A DNA stretch of 64,000 bases from Octopus sinensis. Lineage: Eukaryota. A program made the position numbers and the translations under genes. Below, piece by piece: positions 49,419 through 61,146 of this stretch. The DNA is taken from positions 27,094,001-27,158,000 of the forward strand of contig NC_043001.1 of the NCBI RefSeq assembly GCF_006345805.1, read 5' to 3'. Below the pieces are notes generated by a model. That model was not told the DNA's origin. It made no database searches and saw only the letters and a list, made by a program, of their open reading frames with translations. Each line of letters starts with the position of its first letter. The stretch's first letter is position 1.

Positions 49419-50399
49419 AAAATTTCCTAGAATGAGTTATATAGAAATATCTACTTGCATAATAAAATCAGTATATTAAAAATAAAATCTCTCTCTCAGC
49501 AATTCTCACCCCTTAAGGGAACTTTCTCCCTCTCTTTTATTTTCTAGCAAACCCTATTTCTCTCTGTCTCTTAAGCTAAAAACAAATGCCATTGATAGTA
49601 AAGGCAGTCCCCTGTCAAATTTCACATGTGTGTGTTAAACAATGGTTGAGTTCTGAAGGCAACACAATAAACTAATGGCAAGATGCCATGGTGAGATGAA
49701 ACATATTGGAAACTGTTCTAAAATCATCCCAATGTGATAAAGTCGTAGGAAAAAACGACCAAAGATCTCACATTCACACCCAAGAAGAACAAAATAGGGC
49801 TTGTATATAGTTTGTAGAGAAAACAGTAATTGCATCTACATGAAGAACTAACAAGCTAGGTGAATATGTACTGGAAAAAAAAAGAAGAAAATAAAGGTAA
49901 ATGGGAGAAGTAGAGTAAAACCCTTGAAAGACTCCCAGAATGAAATCTCAAACACATAAGAAACTTTCTATCAATCAAACTTCCTCCACTGTTAAAAATA
50001 GAAAATATTGATTGTACTCTGTATAATGTTAATGGTAATATCAATTGTAAGTGACTCAGGGACTTTTAATGCCTTCCCTCTCTCACCTCTTTCCTTCACT
50101 ATTTAAAAAAAAAAAGAAAAGTTGATTGTTTACATAGTTACTAAATGTAGTTTTATCCCAAGTTGCAATACATTGACAAGTTTCAGTTCAGAGCGAAATA
50201 AATTTTTTTTGCATCTATTTGGACAACCAAAACATTAGAAAAAAAAAAACGAGTTATATAGAAATATGTACTCACACATAAAATAAGTATATAAAAATTA
50301 TTAAAACTAAAATCTATCTCTCGGCGATTCTCCCCCCTTCAGGGAATTTTCTCCCCCACTTTTAATTCCTAGTAAACCCTATTTTTTTCTGCCCCTTAA

Positions 50400-50620
50400 C
50401 CCTTTAGCGTTTAAACCGGCCATATCCAGCCAAAAGTATTTTGCTTGTTTTATGTTCAAACTGGCCATATCTGGTCTCTCACACCAACCCTACAATATCA
50501 TCTTAAAAATTAACAGCTACCTCGTCAAAATCTCATAGCTACAAGATAATGCATGATTAGTTCAAAACAATGTGAATAAAAAAGCATTAATTTTGGCAGA
50601 ATAATGCGAACACTAAAGGG
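50400..50620. mobile_element. 221-bp piggyBac-type MITE
   Basis: TTAA at 50396-50399 and 50621-50624; TIRs ccctttagcgtt / aacactaaaggg; related inverted copy at about 51092-51300. Confidence 0.8.
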
Positions 50621-51731
50621 TTAAGCTAAAAACAACTGCAGATGGCAGCAAAGGCGGTCACCAGTTAAATTTCACATGTATGTATTTCTTAGTAAACTCT
50701 CTTTCTCTCCCTTTCTTACTCCAAAAGCAACTGTGGGTAGCAGCACCAACAGTCACCAGACAAATTTCCTGTGAATTTCTAAAGTTTTTGAGTAATTTTT
50801 ACCATTTCCTTTTTTCCTGGTAATAGAGAAAACATTTTAGTTTCACTTTTGAAACATTAAAAAACAAAAAAACAATTTATATATTCTTGTGTGAGAGACT
50901 ATGACTCAGATAATTAACAAACATAGATATTTTGACATTTTTTTCTGTGTTTGTTTTAAAAGTACTTTTTCTTGATATATAGAGTTGCACAAATATTTAC
51001 ATTTGTATACTGTAAACTTATCACCAGTTTGCATATATATGGTTATTTGGTTGTTCAACCAACTAAAATCAAGGACCTATATCTCCCTTAACCCTTTAGC
51101 ATTTAGTTTATTCTATCAAATGTAATGCTTACTTATTCACATTCTTTTGTATTCTTCATACATTATTCCATAGCTTCAAGATTTCAATGATGTGGTTGTT
51201 TATTTCTAGAATGACATTGTAAGGGAAGTGTGAGAGGCCTCCCCTGAACATAAAACAGATACAATATTTGGGCTGGATATGACTGGTTTAAATGCTAAAA
51301 TGTACCTCTTTAACCCTCCTGAGGTACTTCTTTAACTGAGATACCGCTTTAACCCTCCGCAAAAAAACCCAAATTTTATTTAATTTGCTTTGCGGGAAGG
51401 ACTGTTTTAACAAAGTCGCGTCTTGTCCTTACCTTTGAAACACAGAGTAAATAAAAGAGGGGACAACTGAAGAAGGGAATGTTCTTTATGTTGCCTGTCT
51501 CGTTTCTCTATTTGTTTCTTTCATTGTTCGAGAGAAAGTTTGTTTTCTATGTTTTTGCTTTTTATGTTCTCATTTCTCATTTTGATGACTTTTTTTTTGA
51601 TGTCCTGTACCCATATATGCGTGTATATATACATATATATGTAGGTATGTACATATATGTATGTATATTTGGATATATTTATATATTATTCATATTATCA
51701 TATGATCGAATGCCATGCATCCATTTTCAAG

Positions 51732-51795
<64 letters not shown>

Positions 51796-51796
<1 letters not shown>

Positions 51797-52177
51797 TAGC
51801 AGCTAAGCTCGGTTTCACCCGGTCTGTTTGAATGATGTGGCTGTGATGGTTTTCGGTTAGGCATAATCTATAACAGCGTTACTCAACCTTATTATTTTGG
51901 GTCCCCTGTTTCAATTGGAGCCTCCAGCTATATGAAAATTCCCTGATTCTCCCCCACCCCTTGTCAGAAAACAGCTTCAGGAGTTGTGAAGAACAAATTT
52001 GTACATAATTTGTTTCTGAGAGCTATTCTATCGGACCTCTCTTTAATCATTAAAACATTGATTTAATTATGAACATAGAAAGATATTATTCATTAATCCC
52101 TATTTTCGTAAGCAGTTGTATCTGTAAAAAATTTATTTGCAGAGAGCAGAAATTGAAAGAAGATATATGAAATGGAC

Positions 52178-52214
<37 letters not shown>

Positions 52215-53100
52215 GTGTGTGCGTGCGTGCATGCGTGGTTACACATGTGTATGTGAGAGAGAAAGAGGGTGATAAAGATAGAGTGAGTGAGTGAAGGTGT
52301 GTGTCATGATGATTGAGGTATTTGTACATATTCTGTTTCTGAGAGCTATTCTACTGGACCTCTGTCTAATCATTAAAACATTGATTTAATTATGAACATA
52401 GAAAGAAATTATACATTAATCCCTATTTCTGTAAGCAGTTGTATCCGTAAAAATTTTAGGATTTTTTTCGGTTTGAACGGCAGTTTTTAACATAATTTCC
52501 ACGTAACTAAACACCTTTAAACTCCGTATACTGGTAGAATGTGTTTATAAAACATCATTTTCTCTTGGCTTTATTGTGAAAATTCTATGGTTTGTAAGAT
52601 ATTTGTTGTTTTTTTTCTTCAATTTCTGCAATTTCAACCAATCAATGACGTCTATTGAGGTGAAAACATTCTGTGCCGTATGAATATATCCCTCCTTTAA
52701 GAAACAGATTGGGTTTATTTACATTTGTGAAGAAAACAAGATACCCTTCCCCCCACCCCTAACCCTAACCCTAAAACAGATTGAAATACAATAGATCGAT
52801 ACTAGGGTCGTAATTATGGGTGACAATTTCATATGACACCGCTAGAAAAAACTGCCGTTCAAACCGAAAAGATCCAAATTTTATTTGCAGAGGAGCAGAA
52901 ATTGAAAGAAGATATTTGAAATGCACGTGTGTGTGTGTGTGTGTGCGCGCGCGCCTGTGCGTGCATGCCTCTGTGCTTGGGTGTGTGTATGTAAGAGAGA
53001 AAGAGGGTGATAAAGAGAGGTAGAGTGAGTGAGTGAAGGTGTGTGTCGTGATAATTGACGTCTTTTAGGTAAACCCCACAAAGAGGTGAAAGAAGAGAGA
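51796..53100 (-). mobile_element. Helitron-like 3' end with internal tandem repeats of about 310 bp; the 5' limit is uncertain
   Basis: Minus-strand 3' end ccgggtgaaaccgagcttagctgCTAG|T; the unit ttgtacata...gtttctgagagctattcta...gaaggtgtgtgtc occurs at about 52018 and 52321, the second copy split by a MITE. Confidence 0.45.
52459..52875. mobile_element. Merlin-like MITE family 1, copy 5
   Basis: TSD aaatttta at 52451-52458 and 52876-52883; nested in a tandem repeat unit. Confidence 0.85.
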
Positions 53101-53406
53101 CAGCATAACGAAAGTTTTGGCTGACTGTCATCCTGTACTCCCTTTGCTGCTAGCGAAATGGTATATGCCTGCTGTGTGTGCAACTAACTGGTTGTTTTAA
53201 TGGCGGAACAAACAGGGGAATTCCATTAGAAAAAGTTTTAATCGATTTTCCCTGTAAGTATGGGTACTAAGAAAAAAAAAATACTAACCTCATTCCAATG
53301 TATGCACCCGTCTCCACATGTGTGTCATTTTTCACGCGAATCCACCCAGCCGTTTGGCTGTGAACCTCAAGACAAGAAAGAATACAACGATCGCCCATGT
53401 CCAATT

Positions 53407-53437
<31 letters not shown>

Positions 53438-53674
53438 AATATATATATATTACGGAGATGTACTTGCATAGCGAGTGACTTGATCTGAGATCGTGTGCTG
53501 GAACGAAAACAATTGCAGCGTGGAAGGTGTTTATAAGCCATTAGATTCACTTCAACATTTAAATTCAATTTGTCAAAATATTTTCGTCGCTTTGAGACCG
53601 TGACCTGTAAATATAACGGTTTTTGTGTGTTTCTTAAATGGCTTATAAATAACCTTCCACGCTGCAATTATTTT

Positions 53675-53748
<74 letters not shown>

Positions 53749-54129
53749 GTTGGCCTATGAACTCTTAGAGGTCATAGGCCAACAGGTAACCCCATAAACC
53801 CGCCTTCACCATGAAAAAAAGTATATATCGATCAGTATATATATCGTCAGACTCAAATTGTCAGTCATATAACCTCTCTATCTTCAAGGGAAGAAAACAT
53901 CGTGCCCAGTAAATTTTGTAAATAAAACTTCAAAATTCTCGTAACGATATAAAATGGTACAGTTTAAGGCGAGGTGGAGTTATTCCCCTTACATTGGTTC
54001 CAGCTGCATTCAGCAACCACTTACTTTCGAAATTGGTAGCAATTTCCTAGTCTGAAAATGGAGACTTCCAAGGTTGCAACAGGAATTTCCTCTAAAAGTG
54101 TTTAGACAAGAAATTTCTGTTGCAAACAT

Positions 54130-54430
54130 GGAGTTCTCTATCTGCGGACTAGGAAATTGCTGACGAAGTTCTTGTCACTGTTGGGGGCTCACGTTAGAGA
54201 GGCGTCAAGTGATACCCGTGCGGGTGCTTGGCTGTTCCATCGCCTTAGCCTCGCCATCACCCGTGGTAATGCCACAAGCGTGTTGACTTGCTTCAGCAGG
54301 TTCCGATGAGCCTTATGGTGTGCGAACAATTGAGGTTCCTATTGAGGTTGAATTGATGTATTTTTTCTTTCTTTGTTCTTTTTTTTTCTCTTCCGGTTTT
54401 GGATTTGGATTTTCAACGTGGTTTTATATT
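54130..54430 (+). mobile_element. 3' end of a CRE-like REL non-LTR retrotransposon
   Basis: Frame from 54163: TKFLSLLGAHVREASSDTRAGAWLFHRLSLAITRGNATSVLTCFSRFR*, matching the WLFQRLSIAIQRGNA terminus of CRE-type elements as recalled. Confidence 0.6.
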
Positions 54431-54966
54431 ATATATGTAATATATACGTACGTATTATATTCTAATTAATCAGTATAGATAATTTTTTGTGGGCAAAAAA
54501 GTAATAAAGGTAATTTCTCCATGAATCTCCACAATACCATATTTGATTACCATATTTGGGATCGATTTTGAAAGTAGTCGTTGTTGACATGGAAACAGAT
54601 GTAAGGGGAATAACTCCACCTCAGCCAATTCTGTACCGTCTGTCAAATTTACTTGTGTACAAATCACATTCATGTATACACCTCACCCCAAATTTAGTGC
54701 TAAATCTTGGTACACAATTCTTTCTCTTCATAGTTTTAGGTTTCACCAATCTCTCTGCTTCTCACGATCAAATGCTGGAGATGGTGCATTAGTGAACCAG
54801 CATCTGCAATTCTAGCATCCAGTTCAGCCTCTCACTTTCTATCACTTCCTTTTTATTTGTAAGATTTAGAAAAAGATTTTTAAAAAAATGTAAGTTATAC
54901 AAAAATGAGTGAACCAAGTGCCAATCAATCTCGTGGTCCCAGAAAACAAAATGGGAAAATGTAATA

Positions 54967-55263
54967 CAGCAATACCTCGTCTATCGCGGGTGTTACGTTC
55001 CAAAACTCCCGCAATAGGTGAAAATCCGCGAAGTAGAAACAGTACTCTTTTACTCTTTTACTTGTTTCAGTCATTTGACTGCGGCCATGCTGGAGCACCG
55101 CCTTTTAATCGAGCAACTCGACCCCGGGACTTATTCTTTGTAAGCCCAGTACTTATTCTATCGGTCTCTTTTTGCCGAACCGCTAAGTGACGGGGACATA
55201 AGCACACCAGCATCGGTTGTCAAACAATACTAGGGGGACAAACAGACACACAAACACACGCAA

Positions 55264-55304
<41 letters not shown>

Positions 55305-55621
55305 TATACGACGGGCTTCTTTCAGTTTCCGTCTACAAAAAATCCACTCACAAGGCTTTGATCGGCCCGAAGCTATAGTAGAAGACAGTTGCCCAAGTTG
55401 CCACGCAGTGGGACTGAACCCGGAACCATGTGGTTGGTAAGCAAGCTAATTACCACACAGCCACTCCTGCGCCTTTACAGCATGTTCTTTTTATTATTTT
55501 TATTTGTATATAATTATTTTATTATAAATGCAAAACAACACCACAGAGGAACTGACGTAAGCTTAAATAATAAACTGCGATAAGTGAACCGCAATATAAC
55601 GAGGAAAGGAAGGCGGTACTG
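54967..55621. mobile_element. Tigger/pogo-type MITE with a nested SINE B (55043-55473, minus strand)
   Basis: TA|cagcaatacctcgtctatcgcgg ... ccgcaatataacgagg...gtactg|TA. Confidence 0.6.
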
Positions 55622-55860
55622 TATAATTTTAAAGGGAAAGTACTCCGATATTTTAGTTATTTCCCTTGAACATAGTATTTGGCATGTAAGTAAAGGTTGC
55701 TTCTCAAACCGAGAAAGGCATATTGTTAAAGTATCGGTCACTCTAACTGAGCATGTGGCAGTGGAAACCTCCGGTGTTCTCGGCCTCCATATCACATCCC
55801 TCTTCACCGCCATCATGACATCACTGTTGTGATACACATAAAATATCATATAGAATACGT

Positions 55861-56095
55861 GAAATACAAAACCGTGAAAAAGAAAACATACGGTTACTGA
55901 CCAACAAGGGAGCTGCCAAGTGGTCGATCTACATGTTAGAAGTAGCAGCCAAATACCCCTCAGTTCTTACCCTCCTCGAAATACAAAACTGTGATAAAGA
56001 AAACATACGGTTACTGACCAACAAGGGAGCTGCCTCGTGGTCGATCTATTTGTTAGAAGTGGCAGCCAAATTCCCCTCATTTCTTACCCTCCTCC
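55861..56095. repeat. Tandem duplication of about 118 bp
   Basis: atacaaaac(c/t)gtga..aagaaaacatacggttactgaccaacaagggagctgcc...cttaccctcctc occurs twice. Confidence 0.8.
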
Positions 56096-56387
56096 CATCT
56101 TAAAAATATTTTGGAATGGTTACAGTTAGAATACTTTTGATCATAGAAGGTCTCCATAAGAGCAACAAGGCAACAGACAATATGAAGAGGTTGTGGCTTT
56201 TAAAATAGTAACATGTGATTAAACATATTGTCAAATTATTACTGCTAGTAATAATTTCATTATGAAGTCTTTTTATCGTTTATCTGTTTCATTTGGCCTC
56301 TTTTGCCAAACTGCTTAGTTTTAGGACACACGCGCGCGCATACACACACACACATCGATATATATATATATATATATATTATATATA

Positions 56388-56421
<34 letters not shown>

Positions 56422-56429
56422 CTACAGAG

Positions 56430-57362
56430 TGTAAGTACCTTGAGAGAGAAAAGTTGGACCTAAGAAGCATCAGTTGTGGTGTGCAAGAGAGACGACTGCG
56501 CTGCTATTGTCATGCGGCGAGAATGGATGAAGATAGCTGTGTGAAAAAGTGCCACACCTTAGCGGTTGAGGGAACCTGTGGAAGAGGTAGACCTAGGAAA
56601 ACTTGGGACGAGGTGGTGAAGCACAACCTTCGAACATTAGGCCTCATCGAGGCAATGACAAGTGACCGAGACCTTTGGAAATATGCTGTGCGTGAGAAGA
56701 CCCGGCAGGACAAGTGAGACCATAACCCGTGGCCTTTACCAGGGATGTAGCCAGCCTACTTATGCATACCTTTCCTTCTTTGGATACAAAGCTCTGCTTG
56801 TGAAGACCTGTTGAGGCAAGTGAAATTGAATTCGAAATCGAACCAAATTCGACGACTGGCACCCATACCGACCCCACTTCATTGGACACTAAACTCTGCT
56901 TGCGAAGACCTATCGGGGCAAGTGAAATCGAATTTGAACCTAATTCGATGACTGGCACCCGTGCCAGTGGAGCGCTAACAACTCCATCCGAACGGGATCA
57001 CTGCCAGAGCAGCTGTCTGGCATGTAAAAAGCACCATTTGAGCGTGATCATTACCAGCGTCGCTTTACTGTCACTTGTGCCGGTGGCATGTAAACAAAAC
57101 AATCGAGCGAGGTTGTTGCAAGTGCCGCTAGACTGACTCCTGTGCAGGTGGAATGTAAAAAACACCATTTCGAGCGTGGCCGTTGCCAGTACCGCCAGAC
57201 TGGCCTCGTGCAGGTGGCACGTAAAAGCACCCACTACATTCTCGGAGTGGTTGGCGTTAGGAAGGGCATCCAGCTGTAGAAACTCTACCAGATCAGATTG
57301 GAACCTGGCGCAGCCACCTGGTTCGCCAGTCCTCAGTCAAATCGTCCAACTCATGCTAGCAT
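56430..57362 (+). mobile_element. 5'-truncated RTE-group LINE with a long 3' UTR containing internal repeats
   Basis: DLRSISCGVQERRLR.Y.H.ARMDEDSCVKKCHTLAVEGTCGRGRPRKTWDEVVKH.LRTLGL.EAMTSDRDLWKYAVREKTRQDK*; the 3' UTR has direct repeats and the motif tggttggcgttaggaagggcatccagctgtagaaac. Confidence 0.8.
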
Positions 57363-57440
57363 GAGGTCGGGGGCCGGGAAGGAAAGCGGCAAAGTCAAGG
57401 AGAGCTCCAGACGACAAAAAATTTAGCCACACCCAAGGAC

Positions 57441-58357
57441 TAATAGGTAAATTGGAAGCAGTTGCATTCATGCCTTATCAAATAATTTTAGCACTCTAAG
57501 GTTGACCGTTCATGTGTACAAGTCTGCACAGATCTCGGTAAGAATTAATTGAATTTTTTTTTGTAGAAGACTAGTAGTTTCAAAGACATATAAGTCTTCC
57601 CCTTTGATGTCACCTATGTTGTGCAAGAAAAAGGCCGCAATATTAAAGCTGTTATTGCTTGGCACCTGTGTTATCATACGTGTTTCTGTCAGAACGCAAA
57701 GAGCCGGAGCAAATACCGTAAGGCATTCTGTCAGATGCTCTTACACTTCCACCTAACCACCGTCGTGATTAATATTTTTTTTTATTGACTTCTAAAAGAT
57801 GAAAAGAAAAATTGACTTCGGTGGGAGTTGAACGCAGAGTCGCAACAAATACCACGATGCATTCTATCCAACATTCTAATTGTTCCGACAGTTTGCCACT
57901 TTAATTTCTGCAATAGAATTTAGGTAATTCTAACTGGAATTCTTTCGCTGTGAACGTATTGCCACCCTTGAAAAGTGTATCAGAATATGACTTCTTTCAT
58001 CAACCAACCAGCCAGCCAGCCAGCCAACAAACAAACGAACGAGCGAACCAACCAACCATCTAACCAACCAATCAGCTTGCTAATAAAATGATACAATCGC
58101 ATCCGGGTTTCTTATAACCAGAATAATTGGGCGTTTGTCTTTGGCACCAATTCTTTGTGATATTTTATGAAATCTGGTGCTTTTTGTTATCATCATTTTG
58201 TATTTAGTCTTTCTTCAAAAATCGACAAGAGTTTACGAACAAATACACATAAAATAAACAGAAGCATCATTACAAAGGTCAATAGTTACAAGAAAATTCT
58301 ATACTTCTATGGCTTATGTTCTTTTTTCGAGAAATAAATTTATTTGAATAAATAAAT
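57441..58357. repeat. Inverted paralogue of 37731-39099, without the MITE
   Basis: Reverse-complement alignment; a single ggccgcaa at 57633-57640 marks the position where the other copy has the MITE. Confidence 0.85.
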
Positions 58358-58487
58358 AAAATGCTGGATATGTGTGTGTATATACACACGCACGTACACA
58401 CAGACACACACACGATGTTCCCAAACATTTTCGGACTGCCGTCACCTTGGCACCCAGGCCATATTTCTAGCGCATCCTTGAATTTTT

Positions 58488-58843
58488 TTTCTACTCTAGG
58501 CACAAGACCCGAAATTTTGAGAAGGGGAGGCCAATTAGATCAACTCCAGTATGCAACTGGTACTTAATTTATCGACCCCGAAGTGATGAAAGACAAAGTC
58601 GACCTCGCCGGAATTTGGACTCAGAACGTAAAGACAGACGAAATACCTATTTGTTTACTACCTACAAGGGGCTAAACACAGAGAGGACAAACAAGGACAG
58701 ACAAACGGATTAAATCGATTATATCGACCCCAGTGCGTAACTGGTACTTATTCAATCGACCCCGATAGGATGAAAGGCAAAGTCGACCTCGGCGGAATTT
58801 GAACTCAAAACGTAAATACAGACGAAATACCGCTAAACATTTC
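58488..58843 (-). mobile_element. SINE family A dimer
   Basis: Two reverse-complement family cores joined by the gacgaaatacctatt motif. Confidence 0.85.
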
Positions 58844-59230
58844 CCGTGTTTATTACTGTATTCTTATATTTTTATACATATTTATATTTATTTATTTATA
58901 TTTTTTAATACAACAATTATTTTTCACACGTGTATATCTTTCTGAGGAGTTTTCTCATATTGATTTCCTAATATTAATAATAATATATTATTAAAAAATA
59001 CTTATATATTATCATCTATGTCACTCGTAAGTTATATCATTTCTTTCTTTTAGAAATACTGCAGTTATTGTTGCTCCTTTCAATTCCCCAGCACAATCGA
59101 TCTTTAGTTAGTTCGTAATCTTCTGCTGAGACAATGTAACTTTTACAGACAAATAGTCAGTCAGTCAGTAAAGTAAATCTGATAAATCTGTTTATTCAGT
59201 GATATAGCTAGAGTGATCTACCAAGCTTAT

Positions 59231-59620
59231 TTTTGGAAGCACTCTGTCGGTTACGACGACGAGGGTTCCGGTTGATCCGATCAACGGAACAGCCTGCTCG
59301 TGAAATTAACGTGTAAGTGGTTGAGCACTCCACAGACACGTGCACCCTTAACGTAGTTCTCGGGGATATTCAGCGTGACACAGAGAGTGACACGGCCGGC
59401 CCTTTGAAATACAGGTACAACAGAAACAGGAAGTAAGAGTGAGAGAAAGTTGTGGTGAAAGAGTACAGCAGGGATCACCACCATCCCCCGCCGGAGCCTC
59501 GTGGAGCTTTTAGGTGTTTTCGCTCAATAAACACTCACAACGCCCGTTCTGGGAATCGAAACCGCGATCTTATGACCGCGAGTCCGCTGCCCTAACCACT
59601 GGGCCATTGCGCCTCCACCC
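59231..59620 (-). mobile_element. SINE family C, full length with 11-bp TSD
   Basis: accaagcttat at 59220-59230 and 59621-59631. Confidence 0.9.
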
Positions 59621-60061
59621 ACCAAGCTTATACAGGCTTATACAATTGACCCAGAGTGCCAGCTCCTAACAAATTTCGCCCGGAGAGGACCGTTTCACTC
59701 ATCACACCTAGCTTACGCTACTGCGTTGATTGTTACAACTTTTATTTGCAAGATATAACAAAGGCGGCGAGCTGGTTGAATCGTCAGCGAGTCAGACTAA
59801 TTGCTTAGCGGCATTTCTCCCGGCAATTTACGCTCTGAGTTCAAATTCTGCCGAAGTCGACTTTGCTTCTCATTCTTTCGGGGTCGATATAAGTACCAAA
59901 ACTAGCTCAACACTGGGGCGAGGTAATCGATTCAATCTCTCCCTCAAAATTGCTGGTCCTCTGCCAAAATTTGAAGCCATTTTAAAGTACCATTTCTTCT
60001 GCTATGTCCTAAATTAATTAGTTCTCGTTTTCCATTATCAGACATTTTCCTAACACTTTTC

Positions 60062-61146
60062 GGATCTTTCCAGTTTCGCTCACAGATTTTTTAATTAAAC
60101 AGTTTGGAACTTCGTACACTGGTGTTATTTCTCACGCTGAACACGATTTACTTTCAACATTTTTGACAAAATTTCGTACTTTAGAAGTTATTTCGTGTTA
60201 AATTTGTTGTATTTAGGTAATTTTAACCATTCAACGATGTGTAGAAAGCTACTGTCATATGCGATAGTAATAGAAGAGCAACAACTTCCGGGTTATCTCT
60301 CTATATATAAACGGCAGTTTGTCTGTGTGTGTTTCTGTGTGTCTGTTTGGTTGTACCCTCACCCTGACCACGGCTTTCAACCGATTCTGATGAAACTTGA
60401 CACACACATAGCCCAATGTCATAATTCAAAACTAACGCAGCGAAAATTTTGAAAAGTTCCCCCAGTTCTGAAAAAAATCGATAAATTCGACATGGGGTCG
60501 AGAATCAGAAACACAAACCACAGACTGTCTAGGGGACGCAACTCGACCTTTTTAAACTCTCAAAAAAAATTTACCATCATTTTTTTCCCATTTTTTTGCT
60601 ATTTTTTGGCTATAACTCTCTAAAAATGCTTTATAGTTATTTCCCTTACAAACCCGAGCAACGCCGGGCGATACTGCTAGTCTCTACTAAATGTCACCAC
60701 TCTGTTCTATTTTTGTTTACTGCCTGTGTTGCATATTATACGCATTTTTTTCTTTTACTTTTCGATCGCCTTTTTGTACGAAAATGCAAATGCACAAAGC
60801 AAAAATAACTCCCCAAAACGCGGGCAGTATGCAACACAGGCAATAAACAAAAATAAAATAGAACAAGTAGTGACATTTAGTAGATATGACCCGGAAGTTG
60901 TTGCTCTTCGATTACTATAGCATACAGCAGTAACTTTTTTCAGCTGAATACACGTCGTTGATTGGTTAAAATTACCCAAATACGATAACTTTAACTCGAA
61001 ATAACTTCTAAAATACGAAATTTTGTAAAATATGTTGAAAGTAAACCGTGTTAAGCGTGAGAAATTACTTCAGTATACGAAGTTTCAAACTGTTTAATTA
61101 AAAAAGAATAATTTTAAAAAATCTGTGAGCGAAACCGAAGAGATCC
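60062..61146. mobile_element. Foldback element with arms of about 300 bp and GGATCT termini, interrupted by a Helitron
   Basis: Left arm 60062-60295 plus 60681-60740 pairs with right arm 60826-61146; flanks cacttttc / cactttct (degenerate TSD). Confidence 0.7.
60296..60680 (+). mobile_element. Non-autonomous Helitron nested in the foldback element
   Basis: A|TCtctctatatataaacggc ... cccgagcaacgccgggcgatactgCTAG|T; excising it restores the palindrome. Confidence 0.8.

Noticed and set aside
54700-54860. Possible decayed RTE fragment on the minus strand (ELDARIADAGSLMHHLQHLIVRSREI)
   Set aside because: Short and frameshifted, with only weak motif recall; not enough to list as a feature.
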